From positions 5,456,001 through 5,520,000 of the forward strand of contig NC_135263.1 of the NCBI RefSeq assembly GCF_964204865.1: a DNA stretch of 64,000 nt, read 5' to 3'. The first letter of the stretch is position 1, and each line of letters opens with the position of its first letter. Of the stretch, positions 49,601 to 62,423 are shown in pieces. This stretch comes from Styela clava. Its lineage: Eukaryota. The notes under the pieces are model-generated. The model saw nothing but the letters and a program-made list of their open reading frames with translations, did no database searches and was not told where the DNA came from. Both the position numbers and the translations under genes were made by a program.

Positions 49601-52600
49601 GTTTACAATATCAGTGAAATACTTATCAATTTGAAAGCTCTTTTGGGGAAGCTCACTAGATAATTTAATTAATATTTAAATTTATTTTGAAATTGATTAC
49701 CGTAATTTGATTTTGATTAATCTAAGCGAAATTAAAATACATGCACAAATGTAGGCCATTTCACCTTGAAAATGGCAAATTCTTTGGGAAAAAATAATTT
49801 TAAATATTTATAATTCTAAAAATCAGGTCTTCAAACAGCAAAATTTCTAATTATATTGGATTCTATGCACAACCACACTTTCTGTTGTTCTAACTGTGGT
49901 TATCAAACTTTCCTGATCCATGCCTCTTTCCAAAGACTCAACACTCCGTCGACTCCCACACTCTGCTTTTAACGAGTTTTCCATCTGTTATTTTATCTGC
50001 CATGACAGGTTTCAAAATGCAATTCCAACATACGAAAAATGAATGCATTATATTCGAAGAATTAACAAATGGCAGTAAATCTACTTTAGATTAATGTAGT
50101 CACCACGAATGGGACCTTGTGGAGCCCAGATGAGTGCTCTAAGAAGTATCTCACAACTCAATTTAGGAATACAGGTACAACAATAACGCGATAAATCACT
50201 CTCTCATTTTTAATTTGTTATCGCTACAAACATGTTAGTGTATATTTTAACCTACATTTCCTCTGTTTTCCTTATCACAATATTAAAATGTACCAACCAA
50301 GTGTATAGTGGGAGAACAAAAATAAATAAAATCTCTTAAACAGCTTAGCATCGTGGAACGAAAACAATTTTCTCTTACAGTATTCGACCTAACGTTAAAA
50401 AACATGTTTAAGTACTGGTAATTTGACTATTGAACACAGCAGTTTTGGTTTAGCTGACACAATGACTTTATAGCAGGGGTTCCCAAACCGCGGCCCGCGG
50501 GCCTAATCCGGCCCGCGTAACGATTTAAAATGGCCCGCCGAGCTTGAGTGAAATAGTGTGCAACCGATTTTGTTTCACCTTTTTGCATACTAGATAGCGC
50601 CAAGTGTTACGCCATTATTACACTTTAAGCACGAGTTTATCGTAACAATTCGATTAAAGCGTTTTCTGAGTTATTCGTACCGGTATTATGATTACATAGG
50701 GCAGTAATTTAGTTATGAACCATAATAGCTTAGACATGTCACGCACTTTCGGGCGCTACACTCTTCCGGCCCGCGAACATGACTCCGATTCAGATTTGGC
50801 CCGCGGCCAATGAAGTTTGGGAACCCCTGCCTCATAGTCTTCAGCGACTCATTGCCAATTGCAGTCAAAATGTTGTATGTCTGTTATTCTTTTTCTTTTG
50901 TTTAATTGTATAATTTTTCATGCAAAACGGAAATAAATATCTGAATCTAACTAGATTTCTGTTCTCAATTTACTGCTTTCTACTTTTTATTCAGAGTTTT
51001 TGATTCCCATCTATTTTTTAACTGAGGGTTTTTCTGAATCATTTTTTGGAATTTTCTTCAATTCCAAACTGCTTCACCTCTCATTTTATTAAATCTCTGA
51101 AAGAACCCTCAACACAGACTTCTTCATCTTAAAATATTCTTATTAATTTTGTATCGATTTCTATCAACATTCTAATTATAAAAGCAGACACTCAAGATTT
51201 CGTAACTTATTAAGACTTAGCAGTTCAAACATCTGTAGCATTGCAGTGCCGAAGATATAATGACTTTTGGAATGCAATCTGTCTTGATACTTGAATGAAG
51301 ATTTCTGAGTATTTGCATAAACAGATAGAAAATGCTAGTTTCTGCATAACCTATCGAAACAAGTAATTTTACAAATTTTCTCATTGTCACTAAGTTATAT
51401 TTTGCTTAAATGAATTTGTCTACAATTGAAGTGAAACTATAACATCCTATTAATACATTTCCTATTATACTTCATACCTGTGTTGTCTGTTAGTTGATAC
51501 TATGGTATGACATTCTCAGGAAATCTCTCGTACTTTTGTATCTAAAGACAGGAAGTGAGGTCATTACGCTTCCCTTCCCTCGTATGTGAGTCAAAAATTT
51601 CTCAAGAAACCGTGGTTTGCTTGATTTATCACTGTTTGTTGTATTGATCTGTCTTCCGAATTTATCTTTCTTACATCACGTGTCTACTGTGTTGTGTCGC
51701 GAAATTCACGTGATTATGATAGATAGTCAAATTTTGACAAAATAAATCATGCTGACATTTTATTGCCTGTTTGATTAATGGGAATTATTGTATATTTTGT
51801 CTGATGAATTTAGCTCATCATTGTTTGTTAAGACTGGAACAATCGATTATGAATTGGTTTATTGTATGTTTTACTTAATATCAGTGGACTCGAGAGTATA
51901 ATTGTTAAAGTGTTAACTATGATAGGATCGAAGGTTAAAATGAAATCCCTGGTTCAAATCCCATGCCTACTATCTCACTCAAGGAATGAATTGGGTAAGC
52001 AATGCCGAAACGAAAAGATTTCCAAAGCACAGTAGCTTAGCAGAGCCTTCCACGGTACAAAAAATGTTGTATTAAAAATCTACTTCATTGAAAATGCGTA
52101 CATCACATAAGCTGCAGATAAACAATTTTTGTACCTCCTGAAGTATGCGCTCCAAGATGGCGCACAACCTGAACATAGTATGTGTGTATTGTGTACCAGT
52201 TAGGATTCAGATTGTGCGACATCATGGTGTGCATACTTCTGGAGCACCACAATTTTTAATCTGTCAACTTACAGCAATGTGCTAATTTATAGATTTTCTT
52301 TGCTCGTTCATCAGTGATAGCAAAAGTTCATCTTTTCTGATATCTAAATTCTTCCATTCTTCGGCAAATTGTCTGTTTGAGAAAACTTTCTATACTGAAG
52401 ATACTGTTGTTAATGTTCTGTCACAAACTTATGAAGTATTACTACTAGATTCTATAGCCAGCACACAAACTTGAATTGCTCAATAAAAGATAAATCATTG
52501 ACTAAGCTGAATTCTCTGATAACACCAGTTTTGTTTCAAGCCTAGTTATTTGTTTGCTAATGAATATGATACTGTCAGAGCATAGTTGTGAATTGTTATA

Positions 52601-55600
52601 TGGATTGATTTATGGTTGCTAAATAACCAGTCTGTAACTATGTTTAATAATAAGCATGCTCATATCAAAGTTATTAGACACATCATAGAAACTATTTATG
52701 AGCAGTTCTGGGTATAGAGATATCATTGAAAAGGCAGCATCCTATCAATATGGCATTTGTTTTCTTGGCATTCTTTATTCTGTAAAAATATAGACTTACG
52801 GTCACTGATTATACCAATCCTTTTTAAACTAGAATGTTTCAATGCTACTGATTTTTTGCACACCTATAAATTGTTAGCTATATGTGACGACTGATGGTAA
52901 CTACTAGACCTACCAAGTTTTGAATATATAGTGGATAATGGGTATCATGCTTTGCTTCGTTATATTTTCAGAATCAAGCAAAACTTTGTTGTTTCTGGAA
53001 GTCAAGACCAAACATTGAAAATCTGGGCAATTTTGGAAACAGTGGATGAGGATGGGAAGCAACTTACTAGTCTGAAATCAAAACACTCCATAAAGGCTCA
53101 TGATAAAGTAGGTTTTGTGTGTTCAAATTTTGTAATCATTCTTGAGTTTTATATTGTGGAAGATGTCACAAATTATCATATTGGAGTATCTAAATTTTAA
53201 GTTGAACTAAATTTTAAGTCAAATTGTTTGTGAATCAAGGATTTTTTATTATTACTGCTTTTTATAATTACGAAATTGCTTTAGTCACTTTGCCACCTTC
53301 CAGCCTTATAAATATGATCATATAATTGTGATCTTTGAGCAATTTCAATTTTCATTGTTTCAACACTTTCTAATTCACAAAAAAATAGTTTTGATATTTG
53401 ATTTTTTACAAGTTAATCTGACAAGTTAATTCGAAATCCCTGTTATGTGGTTGCTTTACATTATGAATTGCAAATTTAAATTCCGGAAACCATGTTTCAT
53501 TTTTTTCCGAAATCAAAAATTGGTCTACACTAATTTGAGATACTAATTCAGACTTCAAGCAGCCTATAAAAGTGAGTCAAGATTTGTTTCACAATATTTC
53601 TATTTGACAATGCTCTTGTAATTTCCTTCGATCAGCATTATGTCACATTGCTCATACTTTTTTCAGGATATCAATTCAGTCTCTGTTTCTCCAAATGATA
53701 AATTAGTTGCGACTGGATCACAGGATAAAACTGCAAAAGTGAGTTTTTTTCATATAACATATTTATATACCCTTTGCTCCAAACAAAGCTCTGCACAAGC
53801 TGTCATTGCTAGGTAAAAACCAGCAATATTTTGAAAAAAAAGGTTCAGCATTGCCTACCCAAGTTATTATAGCATGGGTGAAGTTGGTGGTCATGGGGAT
53901 TGGGCCCCAGTTTTTGACCTGCAAAGAGAAACTCTAGATGTGTAATGCCAATTAAGTTGAATGGTTAGGTAAAGTACTTTTATTAATGTGCTGGGCTTTA
54001 AAGGTTTTGTTTAATTGAGTAATTTCAAAAAAGGCTTTGTTTGCTATATTATATACTTTGAATGATTATATGTTAACTTATTTTATAATCAGTTATTGAA
54101 TTTGATCACATATTTTTGCAAATTGGATAGGCTGTGTCATATTGAGACATGGTATGTTTTCAATAATAGGAATTTCATATTCTTGTCCAAAGTTAAATTC
54201 ACAACAAACATTCTGAAATTTTTTACAGCTATGGAATGTAGCTGATGGTCTTCAACTTGGAACATTCCATGGTCACAAGAGGGGGATATGGAGCACACAG
54301 TTTTCTTCAACAGATCAGGTTCTTGGTACGTCATCAGCAGATGGAACATTGAAACTATGGGCTTTATCAGACTTCACATGTCTAAAGGTATCCTATATTA
54401 TCATACTTATAATAAGCCAGTCTTACAGAAATTATGCCACCATCTTATAATGCATTTTTATATTTTTACATCTTTGCTCAAAACAAGATTGTGTGGGCTT
54501 TTTTAAAGCAAAGCACGGTGTCGCAAATGCCCAATAATGGGTGCTCCAGAAGTGTGTGTACCAATATGGAGGAAAGTAATTTTGTTCATCTACATCAAGT
54601 TGTGTAAAAGAACTGAAACCGAGGGACGGGGGTATATTCACTTGGCTAACACAAACAGCCCCCAAACTGGGTAATAGAACTAAAATAAGGATAATTGGAA
54701 TAAAATTATGGCCTGACCTTAACCTGGTACTGTATTATGAAGATATCAACACTGTCAAGGTTATATGGGAAGAAGAATCATGAATTATACCAATTGTTCT
54801 TATCAAACAAAGCTAAACTAATGCATTTGAGTTATTTCATAGATAGGAAATTATGTAGTTGTTTAGCTACTGATGACCGTTGTTACCTCCATCGTCTTCT
54901 ATATTGATTTGCAGACATTTGAAGGCCATGACTGTTCTGTACTGAAACTTCTATTCATCTCGAAAGGCTCGCAAATAGTGTCTAGGTGAGATTTTGTGCA
55001 TTTTTTTTTCTACAAATACCTCCGAATGGTAATTCAAATAGTGAAAATGACTTTGTAATGTAAAATTGTCGATATTGATGTTCAAAATTTATTGGGTTGA
55101 CTGTTGAGTCTACATACCCGTCATTAAATTATTCCAATATGCGTCACAGTGAGACTATGACTTTTCATATCCTTACATCACTATTCAATAGATGAAATAT
55201 TCCGACCTTCTAATCGAATCAATTTCATTCAACAGTGGCTCAAACGGTCTGATCAAATTATGGAATATCAAAAGTTCAGAATGTGTTAAAACATTTGATG
55301 AACACGATGATAAAGTTTGGGGATTGACTGTTAATTCTGGAGATAACATTGTACTGTCTGGTGCTGCAGATTCCAAGATCATACAATGGGAGGTTTGTAT
55401 ATCATATTTACTTTCCCAGTTAATCAGAAACTGATCTCAGATCTCTACTTGCATCGATCATACTGCATTTTATCCGACTTTTTTCAGAACGACTCGTGAT
55501 TAGGTGTTGTAATGATTCTGAAAATTTTTGCTGCATTAACATTTTTGTTACTCCCGAGTCCCGATGTATGTGAACCAAGATGGCTGACACCGGAACGTAG

Positions 55601-58600
55601 TGTGTGTACCAGGTTAGGGTTAGACCATAATTTCAGGTACAAATACTACAGGAGTCACTAGGCTAGTCCGCGAACTCGTAATGGAACTAAAATCAGGAAA
55701 ATTGGAATCAAATTATGGCACAATCCTAACCTGGTACACTGACTATGTTCCAGTGTCCGTCATCTTGGTTCACATACTTCGGGAATACCACATTTTTTTG
55801 CTTAAATTTGCAGTTTTTAAGCGCTCACACTCATCTGACTCATTTACATGTTTGTAACGCAGGACATTACACAGAAAGAACGTGAAGAACTGAAAGTCAC
55901 TGAAGAAACAACAATATTAAGGTTTGCTTTTGTTCCAATCATAAGCCAATCACACGGCTCGCACCTTTGTGATAAAAATACCTCGCACTCATAATCTTGT
56001 AGTAATAAAGCTACCTTGAACTAAATTTTTGTCAGATATGCCTGTTTGATCGAAGGGTTGTAAAAATTTTCAATAGACTCTTTCAAACACACCCAAAACA
56101 CAAATGTTGATAATAAAAACTTGCAAATGCGAACCTACTTTAATAGAATGATCAAAATGCTTCATCAATTTTTATGGTTGTGATTCTGTAGAAAATTTTG
56201 ATTGTGCTCATCACTATTAAAAGTTCCAACTCCTAACTCGAGTGAATTTAAAATTCCTACTCCAGAAATCGTGAAATTTAAGTTGACCACAACTCCAAAG
56301 AAAACATGCCTTTTGACTCATGACTGTACAGATTTATTGTGTTTTCCGTGTTTGGACATCTTTGAATGAATTATAGTTTCAAAATCATGCAGTCCCATCA
56401 ATTATCATCAAATATTATAACTATTAAAAAAATTTTATTTTATTAATTCACAAGACATTTGTTACATTATCACCTTTAAACCCATTAATTTATTTGATAT
56501 CAATCCCTTTGCCTTACTTCAGACAACAAGAGCTGAATAATCTTGTCCATGAGAAGAGGTTCGCAAAAGCTTTCAGACTGGCAATAACATTGGAACAACC
56601 TTTCACAGCGCTAAAAGTTTTAAAAGGTAATCTTTTCATCTAGATAGATGTTTGTGTTATCATATTGTCCAGCCATAATAAGAAAGTTCTTAACTACTAT
56701 GGCCGCCCAAATTTCTTTCTTTTATTAAATTTATTAATTAAATTTATTAATCAAAGCTTCCTAATAATTATAGATCGGAAATATACTGTGAAAATTAAAC
56801 CTAATATTGTGACTTTCTATTATAGAAATCAGATGGGAGGCAAATGGTGATGAAGTATTAGAAGCAACTATTTCAAAACTCAGACCTGATCAAAAAGGTA
56901 TGCTACATTGACCTTTTCATTCTGATTTTAACTTTGAAGTCTCTGTACAAGCAATTCTGATTGATAAGAAGCTTCTATTTTTGAAAGCACTGGAATCCCT
57001 GGGTTCAGGCAGTGGCTGCCTAGTTTTTTTTACACCCTTGGGAAGGTGGTGGACATACGGTCGTTTTAAACTTGAGAGTGTAAATGTTATGCCAATGGTG
57101 CTGTCACTACAAGACCCGGGATTCTTGCGGAACACTCACAAGAAAATGAAAAGATCTTGTCCCACTTACTATCAAGTCCATGCTTCCGAAATAAATAACT
57201 AACTGATCCCATACCTGACATAGAATGGTAACCGGTCGAGAGGCCGTGGTTTGCCATATCATTTCCTCTCCCTCGGGATAAATATGTAAATCCTATCCTT
57301 ACTACAAAATAAAGTACTTAAGTCTGAAAACAAATGCTTACATATGATCCAAAATATTTCGCAGCACTGAGAATCTAAAATGACACACTTATAAGCCGTG
57401 GCACTTGCAAACCACCGCACACTGCCATTGTGCCCACACCATTTTTACTCTGAGCTCGCTATGACCACAGGAAAATACAAAGCATGCACAATGCAAATAG
57501 TGTATTTAATTGAGATACAAGGTAACCAGTACAGTTTTGATAAGTTTACTAACTCGATATTCAATCTCCTTAGATACCCTTCTTAAATTTGTAATGAGCT
57601 GGAACACGAATTCAAGGAACTGCCACGAGGCTCAGAAAGTATTGAACCTAATTTTGCGGCAAACGCATCCTCATGAATTAATGGAATTCTCTAATGCACA
57701 GACAGCAATTGAAGCACTATTACCATACACAGGTTATTATTACTATTACCATACACAGTAATGACTTACACATATTATTAGCCATGCAACTACCAGCATT
57801 TTGGGTAAGAAAATTTGCCCTAAGCAAGGTCACACGTACTTCCTCAGGAGAAAAAGAGACTGGTCCCTTCGCAAAGTCGTGTGCTAAAAGCCACTGAGAC
57901 TATGAATAAGCAAATATTTATTGATTTTCTAATTTCAATGATTTTTGTTTGAAAAATTACAATCTTGAATAGTAAACTGGATTCATTCCAGGTTTGCAAT
58001 TTAATGTATTCATCATAACGAATTATTCCTTATTTGGTACTCTTGTATTTTCTGTGCAGTCAGTTTATGATGCCATATGAAGTTTTCTGTTGTGTTTCCC
58101 ATCTGTGACGAAGTTTGAATTTTAAATGTTCAAGATTTTGGTCAATTTGATTGCCAATAGTTTTCCAACATAATTAATTGAAAGAATAGCCAATATACAG
58201 CCTTAGACTCCACTGTGTTGAAGATGGCATCGCAGGTTACCCATCTCATGTGAGAAGTTTATTTGCCTCAAAGCAGATACACATTTACAGGTCCATGAGC
58301 TTGTTGCAAACTTTGTTTCCCTATCACCAAAGCAGCACCTTCACACAAACATGTAAACAAATACCGTAATAATCACTAAGTGAAAATAAGTAATGGCAAA
58401 ATGGACCTCCAGAAGTATGTGCATCAAGATGGCGCACAACCTGAACATAGTAGTTGTTCCAGTTCAGGGTTCAGGTTGTGCGCCATCTTGGTGCAAATAC
58501 TTCTGGAGCACCGGCAGAATAATTACAAGTGTCTGGTAAAGTAATCAGACATTCACATCCTGATTAAATCCGACTCCCACCACCTCACCCAGTGTGTACC

Positions 58601-59952
58601 AAATTGGGTAGGCAATTTCGAACCAGAAAGATCTCAGTCTATCCAATAATAATAATAGCTCCTTAAATGTCGTTGGATACCAATGGCCTTGCTTGGAGCG
58701 TAAGACATGAAGGAACGCCATATATAAATAAAATAATAATTTAATGACATAACTCAAATAACCTTCAAATATTTAACAGAACGTCATTATCAAAGAATGT
58801 CTCGTCTTATGCAACAAACAACATTTGTTGATTATATCTGGCAAATTATGAAGTTAAAACCAGTCAGGTAATACTCGGTGAATATTGTTATTCATTAAAG
58901 TATTTCATTTTCTAAGTTGTTCATTTGTTCTTTCATTTGTTTATTTTTTGGCTTATCTTGTTTCAAATTATAATATCTCTTCATTCCAGAGTGAAAATTT
59001 ACTTGACATTAGGGTAGCGAGTTACCTTTGTGGTGTTAGATTATTAGTTAAGATGGATCAGACTACTTACTACCTGGGTGGTATGGTAGTCATATCGTGA
59101 TATGAATGAGCCATATCATCAGTTATTCTCTCTCTTAGGATATTAAAAAAAATTTAATTTGTAATTGAATTTATATGACTGTCATCATCTGATGATTGCA
59201 TACAGCTTCATCTGTTATTTAAGTCGTCACTTTTTGTGAAACTTTTAATCTTAAAACTCTTAAATTAAAACAATATCGTGGTCCACTAACAAAATTTTAA
59301 TTTTTAGTCTGCCTGACACGAACGAGATCACTGAAACCAACGCAGAACTAAATAAGACTCTGAAAGAAGCGAATCAATCTTCGACCCATATTCATCCTTT
59401 AAAAGCAGTTGCTGATTCAATCGTTCAAAAACCACAAAAAAGGATAAGAAAGCCTGATAATAAAGATGATGGAATTGGAGATAAGAGTGAGACTGAAGAA
59501 GAAGATAAACAAGAAATTATTCCAATTATTTCACCAAAAAGAATGAGACTTAGAAGTGCAAAAAAAGGCAAAAAAGTTAGTATAATAAAATCTCAAAATT
59601 GTGCCTACTAATGGATGCTCATGCCAATGTAAACCGATGTTTTAGACTCATGCCAATGTGAATAGATTACACATTATAGCACACTGATATATAGGTCACG
59701 TCCAGCCATCAATTTCAAACAGTTAAACAATTTTTACTGTTGTGTTTTGGATAAAAATTCCGTATCCTCGTTCAAGATTTCTTATCCAATCACCATCTTT
59801 TATTTTTAAAAAATAAACTCTCTCTGAGCTTGTTCTCAAAGTATAAATATGCGCAGAGGAAGTTGAGTTACTGTATTCATCACATCAGACTTAACAAAAT
59901 TTATTTTTTTTAACAGATAAGGAATCCTTCCACAAAAACTGCTTCATCATGA
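34690..59952 (+). CDS. TBL3: Transducin beta-like protein 3 (UTP13), WD40 SSU-processome subunit, ~20 exons
   Basis: Exons: 34690-34730, 34974-35121, 35902-36094, 36930-37101, 37719-38055, 38736-38891, 39135-39335, 39910-40016, 52972-53107, 53667-53738, ~54230-54387, ~54914-54985, ~55235-55392, ~55863-55921, ~56523-56626, ~56826-56897, ~57574-57732, ~58780-58867, ~59308-59575, probably 59917-59952 (otherwise stop at 59611). Motifs LKTNF..EPFYTGG, GYNDEVLDVRF, ATNSP, SPNDKLVATGSQDKTAK, WNTNSRNCHEAQ, LLPYTERHYQR. Confidence 0.93.
36168..36470 (-). mobile_element. HINE/DINE-like element (copy of 26925-27198)
   Basis: Reverse-complement near-identity, including the hairpin and (GTCT)n. Confidence 0.75.
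37149..37449. mobile_element. hAT-type MITE remnant
   Basis: caggggtgggca..ggcccg repeats..gaccactg. Confidence 0.55.
41220..45464 (-). CDS. WAVE/SCAR-family (WASF-like) protein, ~360 aa, nested antisense in TBL3 intron 8, with no canonical terminal VCA
   Basis: Phase-consistent exons 45464-45120, 44800-44574, 44007-43787, 43354-43146, 41300-41220. WHD motifs MPFPRHLVEPKHLC, NLILANFIRQLATLS and LDKFRTDNKQGSKIYSNPDLFFMAW; basic region ending KMGVEF; polyproline region; minus-strand AATAAA at ~40630. Confidence 0.85.
47465..47646. mobile_element. Fold-back MITE
   Basis: ~60-bp inverted arms atgaaagtgattcaaga..cgtctgacc / ggtcagacg..tcttgaatcactttcat; related fragment at ~42285-42345. Confidence 0.7.
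47797..48070. mobile_element. hAT-type MITE
   Basis: cagtggcgtatcta / tagatacgccactg; TSD tatgcaag/tatgcaaa. Confidence 0.88.
50474..50829. mobile_element. hAT (Charlie-like) MITE
   Basis: caggggttcccaaac / gtttgggaacccctg, sub-terminal ggcccgc repeats, TSD ctttatag/cctcatag. Confidence 0.88.
52131..52248. mobile_element. Short palindromic MITE
   Basis: Hairpin family of 24008-24117; exact 9-bp TSD acaattttt. Confidence 0.85.
55547..55789. mobile_element. MITE, copy of the 15391-15626 family
   Basis: Long TIRs, 8-bp TSD acattttt, internal ggttagggttag. Confidence 0.8.
57100..57300 (+). mobile_element. SINE 3' portion
   Basis: Homologous to 24870-25040. Confidence 0.6.
58403..58512. mobile_element. 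Short palindromic MITE
   Basis: Hairpin family of 24008-24117; TSD ggcaaaat/ggcagaat. Confidence 0.85.
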
Positions 59953-60411
59953 CGAGAAAATCATTTATCTGCTTTTGTGATGATATTTAATGTAAAATAA
60001 ACAAAATGAATCTGACACAATTTTGCTTTGTAGCATCTAAACGTGCATAAGAATAGTGATGCTGAAAAATCTCAATGTAACATAACAGTGGTTTTCTGCC
60101 TTCAATCTCTCACCTAATGGCCAATCTCATGAGTAGAATTGACTACGCAGCCAATGTTTTGTTATGGAAATATAGAGATAGTATTTTCCTAGTGAGAGTT
60201 GAATAATATTTACTATACAACAGAAGGGCTTTTTAAAATTAATCCTTGGAAGTTGAGTCAAATTTTTCTGGTGTTGAGAGCCCTTATTCACAGCCAATCA
60301 ATGACAATCTTGTACAAGCACTCAATAATAGTTTACTCTGTGACTGGTAAATTTAACAGATGCTGTATAGTGTATGGTAAGGTAAAAAAAAAAGATGTTC
60401 AAACAGCGGAA

Positions 60412-61335
60412 ATGAACACTTTCAGGAACTCGGCACCGGTATTGGTGTTTATATTAATTACTTCGATAGTTCATTGTTCTTCGAAACGAATGTTTCTTAC
60501 ATTATTTAATTCTGCATAAGTTAATTTCATGACAAAGTCTTTTTTATAGGATTCTCCAATATGAAGTTTTACCTATAATTATGAGCAAGGCGATTTTGAA
60601 ATAATTTTACGCTTCTATGCTGTTTGCCATTTGTTTAATCGGTCTTAACCGGAATAAATTTATGTGTGGGGAAAACGCAACATCATTCAACACTGGGTAG
60701 TTCATGAAACCGTTTAACTACGGTACCTCGGCATTTTACGTTCAATCATCCGGAACGGTTGTCTGGACGACTGTTCAATCCTGGATACCCCAGGAGTGGA
60801 ATAGTAACCATTTTCTCTATCCCACCCGATGAATAAGAGCAATTTAATACAGATGTTATACTGGCATTTTTGTACCGGATCGAGATTACAATTATTTGAG
60901 TTATAAATTATTCCTTGGACATTATTTCTTGAACTCTGGCCCATTTCCCAACCATTACATGCGTTTACGCTTCGCCGTGCAACCTGCTCTGATATTGGCA
61001 ATGTTTTAAACAATACGAAAACGAGGGCATGGACAATTATTTATTTCAGTGGTTTCCGGTAAATTGGTCTTCGTCTATTTGCATTCAACAATACCAGCAT
61101 TTGCTTAAAGTAGCTGGGCTGTCAACTAGTATAGTTCCATCCTACACTGTGAGTTGGCAATCATTTTTACTCCGACTTTACCAGCTCCCGACCACCTACA
61201 ATTTCACCTCAAAACTACTGTTTGAAATTTTCAAGTCTATTATACGTGTCCATTTGGGAAGAATCGCATACACAATCTCGATTTTTTCTTTGTGGTACAG
61301 GTGTATACAGAAAGAAAGAAGCAGTCGTGAGCTAA
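60412..61335 (+). pseudogene. Possible decayed secreted CUB-domain gene
   Basis: Signal-peptide-like start (MNTFRNSAPVLVFILITSIVHC), then stop-broken fragments SGRLFNPGYP, AWTIIYFSGFR*IGL and YVSIWEESHTQSRFFLCG. Confidence 0.25.
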
Positions 61336-61535
61336 TGATTCTAGTTTTGCCAAACACAACTCCATTATCAAGAAACCAAAAGTTTAATAATATTGCCGAA
61401 AATTGAGCTTTCAAGTAATTTATGATTAAAAAGAATTGTAAATACAGTACTATAATACAATACGAAATACGTACAAAAAACAAATTGGCCAAAAAGAGTT
61501 GAAGTGCATATCTATTTAGTTCAGACGACTCTTTA

Positions 61536-62027
61536 TCAACCAAACATTGAATCATGATATTCCTTGACCCGATCTTCTCGTGCTTTTTCCTCTTGCTCTT
61601 TCTTTTTCCTATTTTCATAATTTTTATCATCTGTCGGTAATTCATGTCGACAGTTCGGACATGAATTTGTTTTATTTAACCAAGGTAAGATACATTGTCC
61701 ATGATATATATGTTCACAGGGCATTTCTAATGCAGTTTCTGATTCATCAAATGGAACAAGACATACCGGACATTTTAGTTCATTTCTAAGTTCCTCTTCT
61801 GTTATTTGGCGTCGTTCTAAACTTTCAATTGCTGCCTTTGAAGCAGGAGGTGCCAGACCATAATCTTCTGCCCCTCCCATTAAGATAGTATCAAGTCCGT
61901 CAATTCCTGATGAATCTCCATTAGATAAAAGAACACGAACTAATTCCATTAAATCAACTTGAGACAATCTTCCACTATTAATCGGTGTGTCAGTGTCACA
62001 ATCATGTTCATCATAATATGAAGCCAT
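61536..62027 (-). CDS. RNF181: RING-H2 E3 ubiquitin ligase RNF181, intronless
   Basis: MASYYDEHDC N-terminus, PPASK, CPVC..CEHIYH..CILPWLNKTNSCPNCRHELPTDD, C-terminal HDSMF. Confidence 0.93.
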   Translation of the reverse strand: MASYYDEHDCDTDTPINSGRLSQVDLMELVRVLLSNGDSSGIDGLDTILMGGAEDYGLAPPASKAAIESLERRQITEEELRNELKCPVCLVPFDESETALEMPCEHIYHGQCILPWLNKTNSCPNCRHELPTDDKNYENRKKKEQEEKAREDRVKEYHDSMFG

Positions 62028-62423
62028 ATTAGATTTCCTATGATCTATTTTGAGAAAAAATAGTAGAATTAAACAATTATTTTCTAGTTATATGCAAAAT
62101 AATATTTGACTGAAACATAATGAAAACTACACATAAATATACCTAGATCAGAAGGACTTATCGGAACATATTAAGTCACTTATATTGAAACCTAATTAAC
62201 TATACCATCATTACATTTCAAGAAAACTGTAATTTGATTCCTCACACTAGCAAATTTTGAACACCATTACGAATGCAGTCTCCCAAATTCAAATCACATT
62301 TTCTAGTAAAGAACCTATTCCACCTTGGAATATTCGCCCCTATAAACTTGTCCAAATAAATAAAAATAATCAATTAAACTGAATGTCTATGCATATAAAT
62401 AGAAGTCAGAAACAATATGAATT

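Noticed and set aside
51885-51975. B-box ggttcaaatccc suggesting a tRNA
   Set aside because: Does not fold into a cloverleaf; consistent with a decayed SINE head
61029-61645. 125-aa and 149-aa ORFs near RNF181
   Set aside because: Alternative-frame or 3'UTR ORFs with AT-driven composition and no recognisable domain
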